From assembly GCA_964384485.1 (NCBI GenBank), contig CAYLLE010000006.1:1-62673 (forward strand): DNA of 62,673 nucleotides, given 5' to 3'. Each line of letters begins with the position of its first letter. Position 1 is the stretch's first letter. Below are positions 1 to 9,787 of this stretch, one piece after another. The translations under genes and the position numbers were made by a program. Source of the stretch: an uncultured Spirochaetales bacterium. GTDB lineage: Bacteria; Spirochaetota; Spirochaetia; CAYLLE01. Under the pieces are notes generated by a model that saw only the letters and a program-made list of their open reading frames with translations, did not search any database and had not been told where the DNA came from.

Positions 1-73
1 CGATCTAAATTTATATATTATATGAAATTATGGCCTTTTCTTAGTCACAGAAGGAGTTGACCGGGATTTGCTG
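1..73 (+). mobile_element. MITE-like hairpin element, subfamily A, left end cut by window edge
   Basis: Highly similar to 11936-12008; ends in GTTGACCGGGATTTGCTG. Confidence 0.85.
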
Positions 74-450
74 GTGACGATTATATCTCTGGCCATGGGT
101 TCTTCGGCCGGCGCTGGTCAGACCCTGAACGCGGATATGCAGTCGGAATACTTTAAAAGACTCTACTTAAGCCCCGTACCCCGCTGGACCCTTGCGGCGG
201 CTCCGATCCTTGCGGATACACTTTCTTCTATTATATTTACAATGATACTGATCGTTATCGGCGCGGTATTCGGTGTTACTTTCCAGTTCGGGATTATTTC
301 AGTTCTGGGGGTTCTGCTTCTGTCCTTCTTGTGGTCTCTTACGTTATGCGGGTTCTCGGCCGGTATAATGGTCAGAACCGGGCAGTATCAGAGTGCTTCG
401 ATTGTGACTAATGCTGTCTTCCCCCTCCTGTTTCTGAGCACCACCTTCAG
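74..450 (+). pseudogene. Fragment of ABC-2 type exporter permease
   Basis: Hydrophobic ABC-2-like stretch (YFKRLYLSPVPRWTL...FPLLFLST) begins at the element end with no N-terminus. After about 450 the frame runs antisense into the GH4 gene end. Confidence 0.6.
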
Positions 451-474
451 ATATTTCTGCACCCAATGCTGTAA

Positions 475-1872
475 TTATTCAAACCACTCCGCCGGCAGCG
501 CGTCCCGTTCAGCTTCCAATAACTCTTCCATTATCTTCTCGGCGTCCTCGATGTTGTTCACAATCGGGTCGGTGAGCATTGCCCGCAGGAGGAGCTGCCG
601 GTCACATGCTGCCGCGGCCTGTACGGTCAGTTCATGGGTGTCCAAAACCTGGCGCTGCTGGGCCAGTATACCCAGGGGCATCGGTCCGAAGGGCAGGGGA
701 CTCGGGCCTCCCATGTCCAGATGACACCGCAGTTCGAGATACGCGTCGTCCGCCATGTTTGTCACGGCGCCGGCGTTGGGAGTGTTCACGGTAAATGTTT
801 TTCCCAAACCGCCCCACATCGATTCGATGATGTCCGTGGCGTGGTCGCTCTTCCCCTCGGACATAAACTGATCCATCCCCAGCTCACCCGAAGCGTACCG
901 TTCCGTTTCGGCCCACCGGGCATCCATTTTTTTCTGCCGTTCTCCGGCGTCAAAAAGGCGGAGAGGTTCGGGATCGCAGGGCGTCACACCGTATCCTTGA
1001 AAATAGGGGACGTATTCTTTTGTATGGCCGATGCGGTCCGGAAACGCTCCGAAGATATCCATAAGTTTTAGGGCGTATGAGTAATTATACGATGATTTGG
1101 ACGTGCTGTTGGAATCGGTGTGTCCATCGGTACCGCTGTGTTCCGCGGTCTCTTCCGCGGCCCGTTCCGCCGTTAGCTCCCGCCATTTAGGAAGGTAGTC
1201 TACGTCGTCGTACCGTAATACAGTCATCCAGGTAAAATGGTTCACCCCGGCAACACGTAAATCGAGTTTTGCTTCAATTTCCGGCGGAACCGTTTCGGCA
1301 TCTCTGCCGAGAATGCCGATGTTTTTTAAAACACGAAGCCGGCTATGGGGCTCATGGGGGCCGTCACAGATCGCGAAACTTCTGATATTGCTGTGCCGCA
1401 TTAACGCGATTCCCAGGACCGATGTGGGATTTACGAAGTTTATCATCCACGCGTCGGGTGCCAGTTCTTCCGTATCCCGGGCCATGCTCAGGACATGGGG
1501 AATTTCCCGAAGCGCCCGGAATATGCCTCCCGGACCGATGGTGTCGGAAGAACACATCCGCACCCCGTATTTCGCGGAGATTTCGGTATCTATACCCCGA
1601 AAATGGGCGTTCCGGTCGCTGAAGGTCAAGACTACAAAATCCGCGTCCGGTAGAACATCCCTCCGGTTTACCGATGCCTGAATTTTCACGTTAGCTCCGG
1701 TCTCCGAAACGGCCCGGTTTGCCAGTTTTGTTATTGTTTTTAAAACGGCCGGGTTTGTATCGACTAACGCGAGTGTTCCGTTTCTTAGGACCGGACTATT
1801 TACCATATTCCATATTACCGGCCGGGCGAAAAAAAAGCTGCCGGCCCCGATTACCACGATTTTCGGTTTCAT
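475..1872 (-). CDS. Glycoside hydrolase family 4 (alpha-galactosidase/glucosidase-like)
   Basis: IGAGS NAD-binding start, DTIGPGGIFRALR, INFVNP, AGVNHFTW; start MKPKIVVIG with GAGGTG SD. Confidence 0.9.
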   Translation of the reverse strand: MKPKIVVIGAGSFFFARPVIWNMVNSPVLRNGTLALVDTNPAVLKTITKLANRAVSETGANVKIQASVNRRDVLPDADFVVLTFSDRNAHFRGIDTEISAKYGVRMCSSDTIGPGGIFRALREIPHVLSMARDTEELAPDAWMINFVNPTSVLGIALMRHSNIRSFAICDGPHEPHSRLRVLKNIGILGRDAETVPPEIEAKLDLRVAGVNHFTWMTVLRYDDVDYLPKWRELTAERAAEETAEHSGTDGHTDSNSTSKSSYNYSYALKLMDIFGAFPDRIGHTKEYVPYFQGYGVTPCDPEPLRLFDAGERQKKMDARWAETERYASGELGMDQFMSEGKSDHATDIIESMWGGLGKTFTVNTPNAGAVTNMADDAYLELRCHLDMGGPSPLPFGPMPLGILAQQRQVLDTHELTVQAAAACDRQLLLRAMLTDPIVNNIEDAEKIMEELLEAERDALPAEWFE

Positions 1873-1956
1873 TACGCACCTCTCTTCTATGTACTTTATA
1901 CACATCTGGTCGGGAATTCTATGGAATATTCGGGCAAAAACCTGTAAAATATTATC

Positions 1957-2760
1957 ATGATGGATGATCCGGCAGATTTTTCCGACCCGCCCGTGATGGT
2001 CCGGACGTCCGGACATATCTTCGGGAATCCCCGGCATTCAACTCCGGGAACCAAGCTTGATGATTATATGCTGACTGTTTTTATCGGAGGCAGGGGTTAC
2101 TATAAACGGCGGGCCGGGACGGTAAACATCCGGCCGCCGGTTATCGGCATCGTTCCGCCCCGGGACGAGGGACTGATTTTTTCCGACACGGAGGATCCGT
2201 ACGATCATTATTACTGCCGCTTTACCGGGAACTACGGCAAGCTGCTGGCAGAAGAGATACTCCGGCGAAGGGGAAAGCGTTTTTTTGCTGATGAGTGTGC
2301 CTTAGAGGCCGCGGACTTAATTAGAAAAACCGGAAAATGTTACCGTCGGAGTCTGCCTCCTGTTATTGGAATTGAGGAAGTGTGTCTCCTGCGGATACTT
2401 GTAATGCTCCGTGGTGAAAGCTCTCTTTCTGAACAGCGGGAATTTAGCGCGGAAGCACTGTCGGTTTTTCTGGAAGAACGGGTCGACCGGAAAACGGATA
2501 TCGCAAAAACTGCCGACTTTTTTTCGATGTCCCCTTCAACACTCTGCAGACGGGTTAAAGCCGCGACCGGCAGTTCGGTTCAGAAGATTCATGAACGGAT
2601 TAAGATGGAGTGGGCCATGTCGCTGCTCTCTTTAGGCGGTCTTCGGGTCGGAGAAGCGGCGGATCGGCTGGGGTATTCGGATCCGTTCTACTTTTCCCGG
2701 GTCTTTTCAAAACACACCGGGATGAGCCCGAAACAATGGCAGCTTAAAAACTGCCGGTGA
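1957..2760 (+). CDS. AraC family transcriptional regulator
   Basis: C-terminal LGYSDPFYFSRVFSKHTGMSP; divergent from GH4. Confidence 0.92.
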   Translation: MMDDPADFSDPPVMVRTSGHIFGNPRHSTPGTKLDDYMLTVFIGGRGYYKRRAGTVNIRPPVIGIVPPRDEGLIFSDTEDPYDHYYCRFTGNYGKLLAEEILRRRGKRFFADECALEAADLIRKTGKCYRRSLPPVIGIEEVCLLRILVMLRGESSLSEQREFSAEALSVFLEERVDRKTDIAKTADFFSMSPSTLCRRVKAATGSSVQKIHERIKMEWAMSLLSLGGLRVGEAADRLGYSDPFYFSRVFSKHTGMSPKQWQLKNCR

Positions 2761-4159
2761 TACTGTCACGGATACCTGGATCAAGCCAGGAAACATTACT
2801 CGGCGGTTTGTGACGCACGAATGTATCTACTTGATTGATTGTGAGAGGGTTTAGAACGTATGTTGGGGCTGGTAATTTTTTTGCCAAGTCGAAATAGTAA
2901 TCTATTGCCGAGGTAAGGTCGAAGGGGATTTTCTCCGGCTGAGTGCCGACAAAGTTCGGGCTTACCTCCCGGGCCCAATTATCCTGCCGGGGGATACCGG
3001 GGGCGTCCACATGGTTCGAAAACACGTGGAGCAGTACGTTCCGGAAATTCCGGGTACTCACATACCGGGACGCGTTCCGGAGGGAGTTTTCTCCGTTGAA
3101 TACCATCCAGTACGGCACAGTGGCAGTTCTCAATACATCCCGAATTTCGAAAGGCGCGTAATCCTGAACCAGAAGTGTATCAGCCTTTACCCCCTGTTCC
3201 TGATACCACCACCGGATCAGATCGGAGACAAACGGGCTCGCGTCTTCTTCTCCCTGAAAAACGAGCCGCCGTAGTCCGAAATTTTCCTGCCGGGCGAACT
3301 TCTCCGTGTCAGTTCTAAGCCTGGGATCGAAGCCCCATTCCGCTTCGATGATATCGCCGGTAATTTCAGGCAGATGGAACCGGCGGAACGGAGATTTCTG
3401 TTCAGTCAGGAATTTCCGTATCCTTTCGCTTCCGCGCAGATATTCATCCACAGTGGTACCGCCCACTCCCCCGACCTGATAGCTTAACCGGTCGCCCGTT
3501 TTTACTCCCGGCCACTTTCGGCCGCATTCGAAGAGGATCAGGCTTCCGCCCGGTTCAAGGTTTCTTCGAATAAAATCCCGGTAGGCTTGGGGAAGCTGCA
3601 TATGCTTTACCCGGAAATAGGCCATATGCCGGCTCATATGCCGGTCGTTTGCGGGATCGCACATCTGGGCTAGGGACACTCCGGGGTTCGCGTCAAGCAG
3701 GGGCTGTCCGTATTCCGCCCCGAAGGCGGGATCTCCGGTAAACACGTCAGGCGGCTTCAATTCCCGGCGGCAGAGGGTGAGAAAAGTCTGGGGCAGCCAG
3801 GGGATTCCCATAGCCGCGGCCATCATGACAGCGGCACCGTTTGCGGAACCCACGGCAATGGCCGGGTATTTACCTTCGGGATAATTGCTGACTACTTCGG
3901 CGGCCACCGCTTCGGCGTCCACCTTTCTCAGGTTCTTCGGTTTCATCCCTTCCCGGTTTCCCAGCACCCGCACAAGCTGCCCCCGGGCGTGTTCGGGCAT
4001 ACCGTTTAACAATCTCGCTATTGGTAGAATTCCCCACCGCATCATCCATTTGGGAAAGGGAAACATTTTAGCGGAATCCTCAGCCATTAAATAGTGTGAC
4101 AGCGCGAGCATCATGAAAGTCGATGCGTCATATGTGGCGTATTGTTTACTTACTCTCAC
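2744..4159 (-). CDS. Hypothetical protein (471 aa) downstream of GH31
   Basis: Long ORF 17 bp after the GH31 stop; AIAVGSANGA motif; function not recognised. Confidence 0.8.
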   Translation of the reverse strand: MRVSKQYATYDASTFMMLALSHYLMAEDSAKMFPFPKWMMRWGILPIARLLNGMPEHARGQLVRVLGNREGMKPKNLRKVDAEAVAAEVVSNYPEGKYPAIAVGSANGAAVMMAAAMGIPWLPQTFLTLCRRELKPPDVFTGDPAFGAEYGQPLLDANPGVSLAQMCDPANDRHMSRHMAYFRVKHMQLPQAYRDFIRRNLEPGGSLILFECGRKWPGVKTGDRLSYQVGGVGGTTVDEYLRGSERIRKFLTEQKSPFRRFHLPEITGDIIEAEWGFDPRLRTDTEKFARQENFGLRRLVFQGEEDASPFVSDLIRWWYQEQGVKADTLLVQDYAPFEIRDVLRTATVPYWMVFNGENSLRNASRYVSTRNFRNVLLHVFSNHVDAPGIPRQDNWAREVSPNFVGTQPEKIPFDLTSAIDYYFDLAKKLPAPTYVLNPLTINQVDTFVRHKPPSNVSWLDPGIRDSITGSF

Positions 4160-4176
4160 GGTTATTTTTTCCTGTG

Positions 4177-6738
4177 TTATATCTTGAGTTCGAAATTATC
4201 TCCGGCTTCTATAAGTATTGAGTTTTCGATAGATGCCGTGCCGTCAGAGACATCCGAAATCTTAAATCCTGAACCCTCCGCTTTCTTAGGATCGCGGTTC
4301 ATCCCAAAAAACTTGATGAGCCATTTACGAGACACCGCTCTATATTCACCGCTTTCGATTTCTCTCCTTAGTACAAGAGCTTCTGATTCCCTTCTGCATG
4401 TAAAGCGGGAGAGGGTGTGTTTGTCCTTCTGGTGAGCCTCCGGTGTTACACCGTCATCCTCATACAGCCGGCTCGACATGTCTTCATCTCCAGAATATAC
4501 CTCCAAGGTCACCGTGTCGACAATTTTTTCTCCCGTGTACTGCTGTACCGGCCATCGGGGAATGACCGATCCGGCACGTACAAACAGGGGCAGATGATCC
4601 AGGGGCGCGTCAGCGGTGATCTTTTTAGGACCGGACTGTGATTCGCGGGTCCAGAAATCATACCATGTGCCTTTCGGCAGATACACCTCTCTGCTCTCGG
4701 CCCCTTTCCGGACGACCGGCGCCGCCAAAAGGGAATCCCCGCAGAGAAACTGATCATCAAGATTGTACGTTTCCGGATCCTCCGGGTAGTCGAAAAACAA
4801 GGGACGCATCATTGGAGTTCCGTCCGCGGCGGCCTGACGCATGGCAGTATACAGTACCGGAAGGAGGGTGTACCGCAGTTCAAGATATTTCCGGCTGATA
4901 TCTTCCACTTCTTTTCCGAAGGTCCATGGCTCCTGATCGGGAGCACCGAACCAGGTATGGACCCGGTAGAACGGCATCAGCACTCCGGCTTCCATCCACC
5001 GGGCAAAAAGTTCGGGAGTGCATGTGCCGCTGAATCCGCCGATATCCGGACCGGTTACCGGAATTCCGGATATCCCCAGGTTCAGACAAATCTGGATACT
5101 CAAAAGCAGGTGATCCCAGGTACTCCCGTTATCGCCGGTCCAGTGGGTCGCGTACCGCTGAACTCCGGCCCAACCGGAACGGGTCATGAGCAGAGTCCGT
5201 TTATCCGGCAAGAGGGAATCGAGTCCTTCTCTGCTTGCCCGGACCATGAGCATTCCGTAGAGATTCCGGATTTCGGAGTGATCCGTCAATCCGTAATCAC
5301 CGTGGTGGATTACCTCGTCGGGAATAAAGTTCGTCCTTCCGGGACGGTTCGTGATGATTGCGGCTTCGTTCATGTCGTTCCAGAACGCGTCCACACCGTC
5401 TTCGATCAGGATACGGTAGAGTTTTCCCCACCAGTCCCGGACCCGCGCGGAAGAGAAGTCCGGGAACAGGCACTTTCCGGGCCACACCGGGCCGGTGTAG
5501 GCTTTTCCATCGGGATACTTTATAAACATGTCCTCCCGCGTCCCTTCACGGAATATTTCATATTTTTTATCCGCCTTTAGACCCGGATCCAGAATGGTGA
5601 GTACTTTGAATCCCTGGTTCTGTAGTCTCCTGATCATTTTCGGCGGATCGGGGAACCGTTTCCGGTTCCAGGTGAAGCACCGGTAGCCGTCCATGTAATG
5701 GATGTCTATATGGATGCCGTCGCAGGGCAGACGTCTCCGGCGGAATTCTTCGGCGACTCTGTCCACCCGGGCTTCCGGGTAGTAACTCCACCGGCACTGG
5801 TGAAACCCCAGTGCCCACAGAGGAAGCAGTTTTATCCGTCCGGTGAGCTCGGTATACCGGTTGAGTATTTCTTTCGGTTTTCCCGCCATCAGGTAGAGGC
5901 AGAATCCGCCGCCTTGGGTTTTATAGGAAACCTTCCCGGGGGATGCCCGGCCCAGGTCGAACCAGGAATGGTATGAGTTGTCGAAAAACAATCCCAGGCT
6001 TCCCGCTCCGGATAAGGAGGTGATGAACGGAACACTCAGGTAAATAGGATCATCACCCCGGCTGTATCCCGCGGGGTCGGTGTTGAGCAGTTCATACTGT
6101 TTCCCCGCAAGATTGAGCTTTTCTGCCTTTTCACCCAGCCCGTAGAACGCCGTTTCTTCGGCGAACCTGCCTTCCCAAAACCAGGAGGCTCCGCTCTCCT
6201 GATTCCGGACGGATGAACGGCTCAACAGGGAACCGGTTTCCCCGGAAATGGCCGCGGAAAAAGTAAACGGGTTCAGATTGATGGTGATGGAAAGGATATC
6301 CGTGGTAATCTCCACCGTCTTTTCGTCCTGACGAACCTGGAGATCCCCGCCGTTCCACTGCTCGGGCGGTTTTTCCACACTGTAGGACCGGCGTTCAGGG
6401 AACAACCCGTCACGGGAAGCCTGAATCCGGATAAGACCGGCATGAAGAGCGGAAAATCTTACCGCTTTGTCCGGAAGCTGAAAGATCACCGCGTCCCTGT
6501 TCCGTATGATTCCACGCACCGCCCCCGGAGATTCAAACTCTCCCGAAGGAGGGGGCGGTCCAAGAATCGGCCTGCGTGCCCCGGTGAGCACGGTCTTCCA
6601 GAACCGGAAGCCTTTCAGTCCCGGCTGGGTGGATCTAACGGTTCGGTATGACCGCAGGTATGGATACAAAAATCCGCGGATTATCATGTCGGGCGGGACA
6701 TTTTCGATAAGTCTCCTTAGAGCGGAAATACTGATCAT
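4177..6738 (-). CDS. Glycoside hydrolase family 31 alpha-glucosidase
   Basis: GFHQCRWSY, DIHYMDGY, FWNDMNE nucleophile motif, WTGDN, GPDIGGF; AAGGAG SD. Confidence 0.95.
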   Translation of the reverse strand: MISISALRRLIENVPPDMIIRGFLYPYLRSYRTVRSTQPGLKGFRFWKTVLTGARRPILGPPPPSGEFESPGAVRGIIRNRDAVIFQLPDKAVRFSALHAGLIRIQASRDGLFPERRSYSVEKPPEQWNGGDLQVRQDEKTVEITTDILSITINLNPFTFSAAISGETGSLLSRSSVRNQESGASWFWEGRFAEETAFYGLGEKAEKLNLAGKQYELLNTDPAGYSRGDDPIYLSVPFITSLSGAGSLGLFFDNSYHSWFDLGRASPGKVSYKTQGGGFCLYLMAGKPKEILNRYTELTGRIKLLPLWALGFHQCRWSYYPEARVDRVAEEFRRRRLPCDGIHIDIHYMDGYRCFTWNRKRFPDPPKMIRRLQNQGFKVLTILDPGLKADKKYEIFREGTREDMFIKYPDGKAYTGPVWPGKCLFPDFSSARVRDWWGKLYRILIEDGVDAFWNDMNEAAIITNRPGRTNFIPDEVIHHGDYGLTDHSEIRNLYGMLMVRASREGLDSLLPDKRTLLMTRSGWAGVQRYATHWTGDNGSTWDHLLLSIQICLNLGISGIPVTGPDIGGFSGTCTPELFARWMEAGVLMPFYRVHTWFGAPDQEPWTFGKEVEDISRKYLELRYTLLPVLYTAMRQAAADGTPMMRPLFFDYPEDPETYNLDDQFLCGDSLLAAPVVRKGAESREVYLPKGTWYDFWTRESQSGPKKITADAPLDHLPLFVRAGSVIPRWPVQQYTGEKIVDTVTLEVYSGDEDMSSRLYEDDGVTPEAHQKDKHTLSRFTCRRESEALVLRREIESGEYRAVSRKWLIKFFGMNRDPKKAEGSGFKISDVSDGTASIENSILIEAGDNFELKI

Positions 6739-6810
6739 AAATGGAGTTCTCCTTTTGTTATGATGGAGAATTTAATAAATACCCGGAGTTTCTTCAATTC
6801 ATCGATGCCA

Positions 6811-6879
6811 TTACAGATACCGCAGGAACCACTCCGCTATAAGCGGAAGCTGTATATCTTTGAGAGTCCTTCTGCACAT
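6811..6879 (-). CDS. Candidate 22-aa small protein MCRRTLKDIQLPLIAEWFLRYL
   Basis: AGGAGGAGG SD 7 nt before ATG; below the ORF-track length cutoff. Confidence 0.4.
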   Translation of the reverse strand: MCRRTLKDIQLPLIAEWFLRYL

Positions 6880-7086
6880 ATGGTTTCCTCCTCCTACTGT
6901 TACCATGCTGCTGGTGTTTCTTATTCCGGTATTCGGTATGTATGTCGGATGCGAAGCTCCGGCTTCGGCAAACGGAAACTATCCTGTTCATCAAGGAAAC
7001 CGGAAAATCGGATATCATATGACCAATGCTGAGGGTCGGGATTACGATGGCGCGGTGGAGACTGCCTTGCATACCGTGCGTACGTA

Positions 7087-7115
7087 TTGCCTCTCCGGAA
7101 AATTTTCGGTACGAT
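7087..7115 (+). promoter_or_regulatory. Sigma70-type promoter, probably leaderless
   Basis: TTGCCT-17 nt-TACGAT, then 6 nt to ATG 7122; no SD. Confidence 0.6.
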
Positions 7116-7121
7116 TTTACG

Positions 7122-8663
7122 ATGAAAACCGTAAAAAGATATCTGCCCCATTTCACCGTTTTTCTCAGTGCCATGGGTATAATGATCGTGGAACTTGTGG
7201 CCAGCCGGATTATCTCAAAATACTTCGGAAACTCCCTCTATACCTGGACCGGCGTCATCGGGGTCGTCCTGGGCGGTATCAGTCTGGGAAACTACATCGG
7301 CGGTAAGCTTTCGGACCGGTACGATCCGGAAAAACTTATTTCAGTGCTGCTTCTGGTTTCATCCTTTTTAGTTTTTCTTATTCTGCTGCTGGACATGATG
7401 CTTGAGCATTCGGTTTTCGCGGCCGGTATCGGCGGGATAAACGCCGCGTTAATTTTCCGTTCCGTAACATTGATGGTGATTCTTTTCTTTCTTCCCGCGA
7501 CATCTCTTGGGATGATTTCTCCGGCCATGGCCAAGCTGGCACTTCTTAAGAGTGATGTAATCGGCGGAACGGTGGGATCCATTTGGGCAGTCTCGTCGGC
7601 GGGAAGCATCGTTGGAACCTTTCTATCGGGATATCTGCTGATCCCGTTTTTCGGAGTACGGACCATAATCTTTTCGGTAGCATTAGTTATCGCCGTTCTG
7701 TCGTTTATCGGCAAATGGAAAAAAATTGTCCCGATGATCTACATCCCGGTTATCGTTCTGGTCTTCTTTCTGTTTATCCACCCCGCCGAAACACCCCTGC
7801 CGGAGAATACGGTACTCCTGTTTCAGGATGATACCCCTTACAGTCATGTCCGGGTGTTGGATAAAGTTAATGATGATAAAGCTAAAGAGCGGGTGCTGAT
7901 TATGGACGGGCTGGTGCATAACCGGCATCAGCCGGGAGACCCGGATACGCTCCTCTATGACTACGAGAAAATATTCCGGTCCCTTACGGCGGAGTTCGCG
8001 GAAGGATCCGGGGATCTCCGGGTCCTGACCATCGGCGGCGGCGCCATGACTTTTCCGGATTATCTCAGAAGGCACTACAATCCCAGGGTCAATCAGGTTG
8101 TGGAGATCGACGGAGACGTTGTGGAGATTGCCCGGGAATATTTCAACATCAATTCCGAGAAAATGGAAATCATCATCAGCGACGGCCGGGGGTTCATACG
8201 ATCACTGCCTGAAGGGACCGAATACGATATCATATACCTGGACGCGTTTAATTCCTTCTCGATCCCCGCCCATCTTACAACCGCGGACTTCCTTGTCGAG
8301 ACAGAAGCTCACCTGAATACTTCCGGAATCATCCTGTCCAACACCATAGATGTATTCGGGATCGGTCATTTCCTGAATGCTTATCTGCAGACAGTGGAAG
8401 CAGTGTTTCCGAACCGCGCGGTATACGTTCCGATGGACTTCCGGCGGGATTCCCGCACCACATTCGTAATAGCCGCCGCGTCAGAACCGGTATCCTTCCC
8501 GGACACCCTGCGGGACCGGTACGGTTCGGTTACGGCATACAGGCTGGAAGAGGGGCTGCTGTCCGAGCTTAAAGAGCGGGAGGGGGAAATGGTCCTCAGG
8601 GACGATTATGCTCCGGTAGAAAGTCTGATGGGTCCGGTTTTTCTTGCCAGCGTGGGCAAGTGA
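7122..8663 (+). CDS. Fused membrane (MFS-like) / spermidine synthase-like SAM-dependent protein
   Basis: N-terminal TM helices (ELVASRII..GNSLYTW); C-terminal IGGGA, VEIDG, DGRGF, YLDAF. Confidence 0.88.
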   Translation: MKTVKRYLPHFTVFLSAMGIMIVELVASRIISKYFGNSLYTWTGVIGVVLGGISLGNYIGGKLSDRYDPEKLISVLLLVSSFLVFLILLLDMMLEHSVFAAGIGGINAALIFRSVTLMVILFFLPATSLGMISPAMAKLALLKSDVIGGTVGSIWAVSSAGSIVGTFLSGYLLIPFFGVRTIIFSVALVIAVLSFIGKWKKIVPMIYIPVIVLVFFLFIHPAETPLPENTVLLFQDDTPYSHVRVLDKVNDDKAKERVLIMDGLVHNRHQPGDPDTLLYDYEKIFRSLTAEFAEGSGDLRVLTIGGGAMTFPDYLRRHYNPRVNQVVEIDGDVVEIAREYFNINSEKMEIIISDGRGFIRSLPEGTEYDIIYLDAFNSFSIPAHLTTADFLVETEAHLNTSGIILSNTIDVFGIGHFLNAYLQTVEAVFPNRAVYVPMDFRRDSRTTFVIAAASEPVSFPDTLRDRYGSVTAYRLEEGLLSELKEREGEMVLRDDYAPVESLMGPVFLASVGK

Positions 8664-8666
8664 AAC

Positions 8667-9740
8667 TTACTTCCAGGCAGCGACCCGTTTTAGCACGGCT
8701 TCGGCGGTTTCTCTCGAATCTATACCGCTGATTGAACTGAGCCAGATTCCCTGGGGGCGGAAATTCTCAAACAGGACCGGGAGTTCATCAATCTCTATAT
8801 GAACTACCTGCACCGATTTTCCTGCTTCCCGGATCTTTTTGTATATCGGGATCCATTTTGTGAATCCTTCGTTTCCCGCTCCCGGAACCCACTGGATTGC
8901 GTCCAGTTCAGGAATTGCCAGTAAATCATCCAAATGCCGAAGTGCTCCCGGACCGTCCAGATGATAGATGGACCGGTCGTAGAACCGGCATTCTTCTCTG
9001 ATCCCTTCCAAAAAGAATTCCCGGAACATATCCGTACTAACCATACAGGAAAAATCATTCGAAGGCACATACGCTTTACCGGAATGGATAAGCGGCAGCC
9101 AGGTGGTGGACGGCATTCCCGCCGACGCTAGAATCTCGTAAAAGAAGCTGAATACCCGGAAAAAATCGCGGTACGATTCGGCAAGTTTTGTTTTTACCTC
9201 CTCCGGATGATCGATCAGGTCCATTGCCAGCACTTCCGGGTCCCTGAGCGCGGCTAAATGGTCTCCCCCGGGATGGAAATCGGTGTATCCAACAATAAAC
9301 CTGTCTTTACCCAATTTTAGCAGATTCCGGGTGAACTTTACGGTTTTTTTGAAGAGGGGATGATCCATATCAAGCACCGCCTTCGAGCTGTCTTTTTCCC
9401 AATCAATAATACACGGTTCGGACCAGGTGGTGGTTTCCCCGAACCCGTAAGGGCAGCCGCACCAGGCGCTGAAAATTTCCGGACCCAGGTTCGGAAACGC
9501 TATCGGCAGAGCATCACCCAAATATTCAAAGTTTGCCAATTCCCGGGACTGCTGTTCGGCTCTAAAATCAACATCCAGCCATCTCGATTCATGATCGGGA
9601 TATACCCTATCCGGAACTGGTTCCTGCTTTTCCTTCGGAAGGGTGATGTTTACCGGGGCCCGGTCTATGATTTCCCCGTGCCAAAAAGCTTCAAATCGTT
9701 TTTCCGTGACTTCATAGTCAGGTTTCAGTTCATATGCCAT
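8667..9740 (-). CDS. Uroporphyrinogen decarboxylase-like TIM-barrel protein
   Basis: NDFSCMVS, IYHLDGPGA, IQWVPGAG motifs. Confidence 0.75.
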   Translation of the reverse strand: MAYELKPDYEVTEKRFEAFWHGEIIDRAPVNITLPKEKQEPVPDRVYPDHESRWLDVDFRAEQQSRELANFEYLGDALPIAFPNLGPEIFSAWCGCPYGFGETTTWSEPCIIDWEKDSSKAVLDMDHPLFKKTVKFTRNLLKLGKDRFIVGYTDFHPGGDHLAALRDPEVLAMDLIDHPEEVKTKLAESYRDFFRVFSFFYEILASAGMPSTTWLPLIHSGKAYVPSNDFSCMVSTDMFREFFLEGIREECRFYDRSIYHLDGPGALRHLDDLLAIPELDAIQWVPGAGNEGFTKWIPIYKKIREAGKSVQVVHIEIDELPVLFENFRPQGIWLSSISGIDSRETAEAVLKRVAAWK

Positions 9741-9787
9741 ACAAACAGGTATACTATATCGAAGGGATGCTCTCAAGATGGCGGGAG

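Noticed and set aside
6794-7306. Overlapping 76-148 aa ORFs in the GH31/spermidine-synthase intergenic region
   Set aside because: No motifs or SDs, and they overlap the real promoter and gene start.
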